Source: Minisyncoccota bacterium
Lineage (GTDB): Bacteria; Patescibacteriota; Minisyncoccia; Minisyncoccales; MHMH01
Direction of reading: 5' to 3'
Length of the DNA: 24,000 nt
Assembly (NCBI GenBank): GCA_028694095.1
Contig: JAQUTZ010000002.1
Span: 9,254 to 33,253, forward strand
Part shown: one piece after another, positions 16,812 to 22,130 of the stretch
Layout: each line of letters begins with the position of its first letter
Numbering within the stretch: the stretch's first letter is position 1
Notes under the pieces: model-generated
What the model saw: only the letters and a program-made list of their open reading frames with translations
Databases searched by the model: none
What the model was told of the DNA's origin: nothing
Translations under genes and position numbers: made by a program

Positions 16812-17090
16812 ATGAATATAAGAAACAGCAGTAATTTAAAATACGACAGAACCTCCAATATTTTTCAAGAAACGGATGAATACGAAAAAGGGGACATGGA
16901 ACCCAGGGTTTGCATTTTGGAAAGCTTTGAAAGAAAGAACGGCACGCTTAAACTTTATTTTAAAAATAGGACTCACGCTGTCATAAGAGCCAAGAACCTT
17001 GAGGGCAGCGAAGAAATAGATTTAGTTACCCAAAAGTTAGATAATTTTATAGGCAGGTCTTACGAGGAGATATTAGAAGAAGATTTTTAA
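16812..17090 (+). CDS. Hypothetical small protein (92 aa; alternative 64-aa form from ATG 16896)
   Basis: ORF with no recognisable motif. The internal ATG 16896 is preceded by AAAAAGGGGAC. The stop lies 3 nt before the tRNA. Confidence 0.5.
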   Translation: MNIRNSSNLKYDRTSNIFQETDEYEKGDMEPRVCILESFERKNGTLKLYFKNRTHAVIRAKNLEGSEEIDLVTQKLDNFIGRSYEEILEEDF

Positions 17091-17093
17091 CGC

Positions 17094-17165
17094 GGCGGGG
17101 TAGCCAAGGGGAAAGGCGCGGGCTGTGCAAAGCCCGAACCGCAGGTTCGAATCCTGCCCCCGCCT
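17094..17165 (+). tRNA. tRNA-Cys (anticodon GCA) with an apparently 8-nt anticodon loop; CCA not encoded
   Basis: Acceptor GGCGGGG/CCCCGCC. D arm 17103-17117. Anticodon stem CGGGC/GCCCG enclosing TGTGCAAA. Variable loop AACC. T arm GCAGG-TTCGAAT-CCTGC. Discriminator T (U73, a Cys identity element). Confidence 0.85.
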
Positions 17166-17171
17166 GTTCAC

Positions 17172-17200
17172 TTGACAGGACAGTAAATGAGTACTACAAC
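17172..17200 (+). promoter_or_regulatory. Promoter candidate immediately after the tRNA
   Basis: TTGACA 17172-17177, 17-nt spacer, TACAAC 17195-17200 (weak -10). Confidence 0.35.
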
Positions 17201-17231
17201 TTAATATTGCTCTTTGAAAAGGAGGCTTAAT

Positions 17232-17309
17232 ATGGACGGAGAGAATCTGGATAATCCCATTAAAGGCGAAGAACTGAAAAAACAAGAGATGGAGAGCGGC
17301 GAACAATGA
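17232..17309 (+). CDS. Mini-ORF (25 aa acidic peptide to TGA; the frame stays open to TAA 17396, giving a 54-residue Cys-rich product if TGA is recoded)
   Basis: GGAGG 17221-17225 lies 6 nt before the ATG. Product MDGENLDNPIKGEELKKQEMESGEQ-TGA-GVCHDGRGSHHEQICSECGRQLDPFMNA-TAA. Confidence 0.35.
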   Translation: MDGENLDNPIKGEELKKQEMESGEQ

Positions 17310-17320
17310 GGCGTCTGTCA

Positions 17321-17341
17321 TGATGGCCGTGGTAGCCATCA
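17321..17341 (+). other. Perfect 7-bp hairpin 11 nt downstream of the in-frame TGA (SECIS-like position)
   Basis: TGATGGC-CGTGGTA-GCCATCA; the loop contains GGU. Confidence 0.3.
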
Positions 17342-17403
17342 CGAACAAATCTGCAGCGAATGCGGACGGCAGCTGGATCCCTTTATGAATGCCTAATCAA
17401 GCC

Positions 17404-17432
17404 TTGACAATATCCCTTAAAATTAATATCAT
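17404..17432 (+). promoter_or_regulatory. Consensus-like promoter driving the structured leader/sRNA
   Basis: TTGACA 17404-17409, 17-nt spacer, TATCAT 17427-17432. Confidence 0.55.
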
Positions 17433-17439
17433 AACTCTT

Positions 17440-17651
17440 GCATCGCGTAAGGTGACTTCAAACAAGGAGGGGCCATGAGGATGGAGACTTCATAAGGCTC
17501 AATCAAAAGCGGCCGGCATGATACGCCGCCACCGACGCGAGACTTCCTAAACCAGGAGGGGAGCAGTCAACTGGATCATCAGAATCCAGACCAGGGATTG
17601 ACTCCCCTCCGACCAAAAAATAAAAGGCCATTAAGGCCTTTTTCTTTTTTT
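17440..17651 (+). ncRNA. Candidate ~210-nt structured RNA (cis-leader of the 17712 gene or a stand-alone sRNA), family not recognised
   Basis: Bounded by the promoter above and the terminator at 17622-17651. Contains the 6-codon mini-ORF ATGAGGATGGAGACTTCATAA (17475-17495) behind AAGGAGGGG. The GACTTCnAAACnAGGAGGGG module is duplicated. A long bulged hairpin at 17555-17610 pairs GGAGGGG with CCCCTCC. Confidence 0.4.
17622..17651 (+). terminator. Intrinsic terminator ending the leader/sRNA
   Basis: AAAAGGCC-ATTAA-GGCCTTTT followed by TCTTTTTTT. Confidence 0.75.
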
Positions 17652-17711
17652 GTTGATTTTTAATGACTATGCCTTAAAATAAAGTAAGCACATTAAAAAG
17701 GGGAGGGGACC

Positions 17712-18182
17712 ATGAATAAAGATGAAAACGGTAATGAATTCCCCGAAGACGTTAATTTCTTTAAAGAGTTTGTTGAGAGCCTGGATAAGGTTGATGATTT
17801 ATCAAACGAAGGAAGAGATTTAAATAGAGAATACGTGGAAGGCCTGATTAACAAATACGGACTGCCCGACGACCCCGAAATAAAGGAGGCTTTCATAAAA
17901 ATAAGAAGGAAAATGCTTGATACCAGTGTCGAGCTGCCAGCCGCGCTTCTGCAGTATTTCAACGTTTACCTTAAAGACATAAGAGACAGAGGTTACGATA
18001 CCGCTATAATGGTTAACACGGCATTTTGCCTGGGAATAGCCTTTCTAAGATCCCTCGAAATAGAAATGGTGCCAAACAACGCAATTGACGAAGACGAGAT
18101 TGAAGAGGAAATCATAGAAGAATATCTTGATGAGATGGACGACGAAGATTTAGATGAAGACGGGCCAATACAGGCCTCGTAA
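17712..18182 (+). CDS. Hypothetical highly acidic protein (156 aa) with poly-Asp/Glu C-terminal tail
   Basis: SD GGAGGGG 17702-17708. C-terminus NAIDEDEIEEEIIEEYLDEMDDEDLDEDGPIQAS. No recognisable family. Confidence 0.7.
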   Translation: MNKDENGNEFPEDVNFFKEFVESLDKVDDLSNEGRDLNREYVEGLINKYGLPDDPEIKEAFIKIRRKMLDTSVELPAALLQYFNVYLKDIRDRGYDTAIMVNTAFCLGIAFLRSLEIEMVPNNAIDEDEIEEEIIEEYLDEMDDEDLDEDGPIQAS

Positions 18183-18184
18183 AA

Positions 18185-18214
18185 AACCGCTGGCAATACA
18201 GCGGTTTTATTTTA
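18185..18214. terminator. Bidirectional terminator between convergent genes
   Basis: AACCGCTG-GCAATA-CAGCGGTT flanked by an A-run and TTATTTT. It overlaps the stop of the minus-strand GNAT gene. Confidence 0.75.
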
Positions 18215-18668
18215 AATTCAAAACCATTTTTTGCGCCGGGCTTCCGTCCTTATAGTATTTTTTAATAATTCCGGCAGCCGTAAAGCCTAATTTTTTATAA
18301 AAACTGGTGGCCGCTTTATTATTGATTCTGACTTCAAGTAAGACTTTATTCAGCTTCATAGTCCGGCTTTTTCTTATCGCAGACATAATCAATTTCCTTC
18401 CTATGCCTAAATTGCGATATGCTGCATCGACTGCTATGGAGTCTATGTCCATGGATTCTTTTTTGGGGCAGGCCAAGATATATCCAACCGGCTTTTCGCC
18501 AAAAACGGCTAAAACAAAATTATTGGCGCTAACACTGCATAAGCGAAAAATTCTTTCCTTAGAGTAGCCATCGACGGGAAATGAGGATTTTTCTATTTCC
18601 AAAATGCGCTCCCAGTCTTCAGGCGCTAATTTTCTTAGCCTAATTCTTTTAGTTTTACTTCTTTTCAT
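18207..18668 (-). CDS. rimI: GNAT N-acetyltransferase, RimI-like (ribosomal-protein-alanine acetyltransferase family)
   Basis: IRLRKLAPEDWERILEIEKSSFP...IDSIAVDAAYRNLGIGRKLI...LEVRINNKAATSFYKKLGF...YYKDGSPAQKM is the typical RimI pattern. Confidence 0.8.
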   Translation of the reverse strand: MKRSKTKRIRLRKLAPEDWERILEIEKSSFPVDGYSKERIFRLCSVSANNFVLAVFGEKPVGYILACPKKESMDIDSIAVDAAYRNLGIGRKLIMSAIRKSRTMKLNKVLLEVRINNKAATSFYKKLGFTAAGIIKKYYKDGSPAQKMVLNLK

Positions 18669-19731
18669 ATTTAAACAAAGGAATAGATTCGAACCATCTG
18701 CTTTTCCAGGTATAATTATTTTGTAGAAAATCGATTTTTTTCATGCCCAATCGTACGGCGTCGTCTATTTCTACTAAATTCATATAATTGCCTATTCCCG
18801 GAAACTCGGCAACGTCGTATCCGCATTTTACGGTAAAATACGTATCGTTAAAGAGGCAAATTAAATCAACGCCGGCCGTCTTTTCCCCTATTTTTATGCT
18901 AATCATCCTTGCCTTGTATGAAGCGCCGCCAAGCCTTATCACCTGCCTAAACGTTTCAATCCTCCTCGGATCTTCCCAGTCTGCCCCTCCTCTCCCTGAA
19001 AATCTTTTTTTCGCCAAAGCCACCATCTGGTCAAAATCGGCGAATTCATCTACCACAATGCGGGAGCTTTGCGACTCTATCCTTCGGCGGTCTTTTCTTA
19101 AGCTGTGCCGGTCACTTTTCTTCAGGGTCATTAAGTAATCTTCATGATTTGAGAAACCGCTGATATTTAAAACGTACTTGGATTCGTCAGCTTGGAATTT
19201 CACCAAACCTCCCGCCGCCTTAACCGATTCTATGGAAATAGCATTTAAAGACAGGGGAGCGGGAGCAGCGGATAATAAAAGAGGAAACAACTCCGGATCT
19301 TTGGAAAAAAACCTTACTTCTTCCTGCCAAGAACTTCCGAACCAAACATATTTATTCTCTTCGTTGTCGTACCATAATGGCAGTAGGGCTAAATTTTCAT
19401 CCGCGGATTTTAAAACTAAAAAATAGGGGAGGAACCGGTAAGCTAAATAAAAAGCGTAACGGAATTCCCAAGTATCAAAGAGGGTTTTCGGCTGAGCCAG
19501 TTCTCTCCATAATTCCCTGCATTTTTCAATGCTTGAAAACGTTTCCACCGTTAATTTCCTTGAGCCAACAAAAAAAGAACCTAACTTTGCAGGCTCTGTT
19601 TTTACAAGCTTGTGCTTTTGGGCTTCGGATATTGTAAGGCTACCTGATGTAGCCAATCTATCTGGAGGCTCCGGTTCCGTGCTATCTATTGAAGTGGACT
19701 GTTCGGTGCTTATCGATATTTGGTTGTTCAT
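18655..19731 (-). CDS. GNAT-fold acetyltransferase of the CelD/BioF2-like (Acetyltransf_6, FemAB-like) type
   Basis: 358 aa. C-terminal half (RHSLRKDRRRIE...GVDLICLFNDTYFTVKCGYD...PGIGNYMNLVEIDDAVRLGMKKIDFLQNNYTWKSRW) fits this family. The Ser/Thr/Pro-rich N-terminal ~45 aa are unrelated. 14-nt overlap with the rimI-like gene. Confidence 0.7.
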   Translation of the reverse strand: MNNQISISTEQSTSIDSTEPEPPDRLATSGSLTISEAQKHKLVKTEPAKLGSFFVGSRKLTVETFSSIEKCRELWRELAQPKTLFDTWEFRYAFYLAYRFLPYFLVLKSADENLALLPLWYDNEENKYVWFGSSWQEEVRFFSKDPELFPLLLSAAPAPLSLNAISIESVKAAGGLVKFQADESKYVLNISGFSNHEDYLMTLKKSDRHSLRKDRRRIESQSSRIVVDEFADFDQMVALAKKRFSGRGGADWEDPRRIETFRQVIRLGGASYKARMISIKIGEKTAGVDLICLFNDTYFTVKCGYDVAEFPGIGNYMNLVEIDDAVRLGMKKIDFLQNNYTWKSRWFESIPLFKYEKK

Positions 19732-19745
19732 GTCCGCTAAGACCG

Positions 19746-19774
19746 ATAGTAGGATATTTTTACCGCGCTGTCAA
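19746..19774 (-). promoter_or_regulatory. Promoter candidate for the GNAT operon
   Basis: On the minus strand: TTGACA (plus 19769-19774), 17-nt spacer, TACTAT (plus 19746-19751). The 14-nt leader has no SD. Confidence 0.5.
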
Positions 19775-19818
19775 GAGCAGGGGAGAAGGATAGATTAATA
19801 TTGTGCGACATTTATTAT

Positions 19819-19846
19819 TTGACAATAAAAGGCGGTCTGCTATATA
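19819..19846 (+). promoter_or_regulatory. Promoter candidate for the 19894 gene
   Basis: TTGACA 19819-19824, 16-nt spacer, TATATA 19841-19846. SD AGGGGAGG lies before ATG 19894. Confidence 0.55.
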
Positions 19847-19893
19847 GGAATTAATTTTACGTTCCTTTAAAAAACAATAGGGGAGGCAGTCTA

Positions 19894-20496
19894 ATGAAAA
19901 CGCTTTTAATCCTTTATCCCATTGAACCCATTACGAAAGTGCTTATCGGCTGGCCGGAAATGAAAGAAGAGAAAATAGAAACTATCAGGCTTTACCAAAA
20001 GCTGATGCAAGAGCGCTACAAAGAATTTCAAAGAGTTTACGTGTTCTTTTCAGAGCCCAGCAACCGCCGGAAACCCGATCTCACCCAAGTATCCGAGGGT
20101 TTTTCCATGAACGGCCAGGATATCATCGGAGCCTGCGGAGTGGCATTTGAAAATCATTGTAAAAACCGGGTATACCCCAAAGGGAAGGATATCCTTAAGC
20201 TTTGTCCGGAGCCGATTGACGAGCTGGTGGTTGCAGGGTTCCACTTTTGGGATTGTGTTAACCGCGTTGCCAGATACGCCTGGCGCAAGGGAGTGAATGT
20301 TTCAGTTGACGAAGATCTGACGGAGTTCTTCTTTTTCGATGCCAGAGACAGACAAGGCCGGCCCTGCCTGAATATTCCCATTTCAAAAGAAGCAAGCGTT
20401 GAAAGAAGGAGAGAGCAGCTTAGGAGAGCCGGTCCGGGCTATCTTGAGGGCGCCAGAAAAGCAAGAAGAAATAAGCCGTGGATGAATTCGCTTTAA
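19894..20496 (+). CDS. Hypothetical protein with a divergent isochorismatase/nicotinamidase-like (cysteine hydrolase) core and basic C-terminal tail
   Basis: ELVVAGFHFWDCVNRVARYAWRKGVNVSVDEDLT resembles the G-x5-CV...G-x-V-x-V-x-D strand-helix-strand around the catalytic Cys. The usual N-terminal Asp motif is not evident. Functional call is weak. Confidence 0.55.
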   Translation: MKTLLILYPIEPITKVLIGWPEMKEEKIETIRLYQKLMQERYKEFQRVYVFFSEPSNRRKPDLTQVSEGFSMNGQDIIGACGVAFENHCKNRVYPKGKDILKLCPEPIDELVVAGFHFWDCVNRVARYAWRKGVNVSVDEDLTEFFFFDARDRQGRPCLNIPISKEASVERRREQLRRAGPGYLEGARKARRNKPWMNSL

Positions 20497-20505
20497 AAAC
20501 AAAAA

Positions 20506-20537
20506 GCCGTTAGGGGAAACCTTAACGGTTTTATTTC
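20506..20537 (+). terminator. Intrinsic terminator after the 19894 gene
   Basis: CCGTTAGG-GGAAA-CCTTAACGG (one bulged T) followed by TTTTATTT. Confidence 0.6.
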
Positions 20538-20540
20538 TGA

Positions 20541-20562
20541 AAAAACTACCCTTACCGGGTAG
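20541..20562 (-). terminator. Intrinsic terminator after the recombinase gene
   Basis: On the minus strand: CTACCC-GGTAA-GGGTAG followed by TTTTT. Confidence 0.55.
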
Positions 20563-20633
20563 TACAAAAGATTTTAACCTTTTAGTTTCTCCATTAATAT
20601 TAAGACGGAAAAAGGAGCTTGGTATTACACTGA

Positions 20634-21590
20634 TTATTCTTTCATTCTTTTGCCGCTGTGATATTGGCGGTGAATATCCCTCAAGCGCTTATTGGTCACA
20701 TGGGTATATACCTGAGTGGTTGCAATATTGCGGTGTCCTAAAAATTCCTGAATGGACCTCAAATCAACGCCTTGCTCCAAGAGGTCTGTGGCCATGCTGT
20801 GGCGAAGAGTATGGGGCGTGGTGAAAATAGGCACGCCGGCTTTGACCGCGCTTTTTTTAACCATTCGCTCGACCGAACGAGGCGTTAAGCGCCCCTCGGC
20901 ATCAGCCCTGGATTTGTAGTGGATGAATAAAGCCTTTTCTTTGTCTTTCCGGGTTTCTAAATATTTCTTCAGCCAAGACAGAGCTCTTTCTGAAAAATAA
21001 ACTGTTCTTGGATGTCCGCCTTTTCCGACGATACTTAATTCGAAATCTTTTTTATCTTTGATGTTTTCAAACTGCTCTTTGTTAAGATTGGTCAGCTCGG
21101 CAATCCTCAGTCCAGTGGAAAAAAGGGCTTCTAAAATAGCCCGGTCTCTCAGCCCCGAAAGGCTTTTTATGTCAGGAGCGGCTAAAAGTTTCTCTATTTG
21201 GTCTAAGTTCAGGAATTTAACTGTTTTTTCGCCTCTAGCGTCCTTTGGAAGGGCCACTTTATCGGCAGGGATACATTCCACATCTTTGGCTGTAAAATAG
21301 CCCAAAAAGGCTCTCAGAGCGATAAGATAGTAGTTCTGGGTGGATTTCTTAAGGGAACGGCCCTTTTGGTCGGTAGAACGGCCCAAATACAGCCTATAGG
21401 CCCAAATATCCTCGGGAGTAAGCTCATGAGGCCTAAGGGAGGCCTTATTGGCCTTGGCAAGCCAGAGCTTGAATTTATTCAGATATCTCTTATAGTTTTC
21501 CTGAGTTTTATTGGATAATCCTTTTTCAACCTCGCAGTAATCTAAAAAGTCCGGAATGTGATCTATAATTGTTTTGTTTGATTTTTCCAT
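20634..21590 (-). CDS. Tyrosine site-specific recombinase, XerC/XerD family
   Basis: N-terminal SAM-like domain (IPDFLDYCEVEKGLSNKTQENYKRYL). Catalytic region GLRIAEL...HTLRHSMATDLLEQGVDLRSIQEFLGHRNIATTQVYTHV (R, HxxR, H, Y). Confidence 0.9.
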   Translation of the reverse strand: MEKSNKTIIDHIPDFLDYCEVEKGLSNKTQENYKRYLNKFKLWLAKANKASLRPHELTPEDIWAYRLYLGRSTDQKGRSLKKSTQNYYLIALRAFLGYFTAKDVECIPADKVALPKDARGEKTVKFLNLDQIEKLLAAPDIKSLSGLRDRAILEALFSTGLRIAELTNLNKEQFENIKDKKDFELSIVGKGGHPRTVYFSERALSWLKKYLETRKDKEKALFIHYKSRADAEGRLTPRSVERMVKKSAVKAGVPIFTTPHTLRHSMATDLLEQGVDLRSIQEFLGHRNIATTQVYTHVTNKRLRDIHRQYHSGKRMKE

Positions 21591-21734
21591 GGTTAATATA
21601 ATATTGCCTTAAAAGAGGGGTTCGAGAGGGGTCCGAATAAAAGCCCTCTTATTTGTCGCTTTACGTACATTGTGCGACGTATCCTATGTTTATAATATCA
21701 GGCCCAAAAGGCCTGTCAAGCTTCTCCCCCCTTG

Positions 21735-22130
21735 TTATTCCCAAAGGTTTTTGAACCTTTCCCAAACGCTTGGAACATCTCCAATCATCTCATCCTTTTC
21801 TTTCTCAAATTCTTCTTCTATGAGCGGAGCTCTTTCTTCGATTTCTTTTCCGAGAAATCCCAAAAGCCAATTTAGCAGTTCCTGGACTTTCGGCTTAATA
21901 TTATTTTCCCAGGGCCCCTGAGCCCAGTCCCACATAGAATACAATATAGGAAGAGCCTGCTCCCTCCATACTTGGCGCATTGAATCTGGAAGCTCTCCAA
22001 GAATTTGAAAGCCCACGGATTTAGCCTCGTCCAGGGTCGCGGGAGGTTCCGGAACTTGCTGAGCTAAAACCGGCATGCAGAATCCCGACAATACCGCACC
22101 GACAATTAAAAAAGTTAAAATATTCCTCAT
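21735..22130 (-). CDS. Hypothetical secreted protein (131 aa)
   Basis: Signal peptide MRNILTFLIVGAVLSGFCMPVLAQQ. The start overlaps the gltX stop by 1 nt (TAATG), so it is co-transcribed with gltX. Confidence 0.7.
   Translation of the reverse strand: MRNILTFLIVGAVLSGFCMPVLAQQVPEPPATLDEAKSVGFQILGELPDSMRQVWREQALPILYSMWDWAQGPWENNIKPKVQELLNWLLGFLGKEIEERAPLIEEEFEKEKDEMIGDVPSVWERFKNLWE

Noticed and set aside
17073-17348. 91-aa minus-strand ORF across the tRNA region.
   Set aside because: It runs antisense straight through the tRNA-Cys gene and the promoter/mini-ORF region. There is no SD and the product looks like junk.
17440-17651. Assignment of the structured RNA to SRP RNA (because of AGGAGGGGAGCAG), T-box, 6S, tmRNA or RNase P.
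   Set aside because: The conserved cores are absent: the GGAA tetraloop with GGAAGCAGCC on the 3' strand for SRP, the T-box 14-mer, GAGGAAAGUCC for RNase P, and the tRNA-like ends for tmRNA. It is left as an unclassified candidate.
15588-20537. Three terminators share AAAAA-CCG...CGGTTTTATTT (15588-15620, 18185-18214, 20506-20537). Considered as a possible repeat-element family.
   Set aside because: The shared parts are generic features of bidirectional intrinsic terminators (A-run, GC clamp, T-run). The stems and loops are otherwise unrelated.
21611-21650. tRNA-like fragment GGGGTTCGAGAGGGGTCC, considered as a possible tRNA remnant or att site next to the recombinase.
   Set aside because: Only the heptamer GGTTCGA is shared with the tRNA-Cys T arm and no T-stem complementarity exists. 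The region is better explained as a hairpin/terminator (AAGAGGG...CCCTCTT) between genes.
19800-21679. Direct repeat ATTGTGCGAC at 19800-19809 and 21670-21679, bracketing the isochorismatase-like gene and the recombinase. Considered as possible att sites of a ~1.9-kb element.
   Set aside because: A 10-mer match is expected by chance hundreds of times among all position pairs in 24 kb. The flanks do not extend the match, and neither copy matches the tRNA 3' end.
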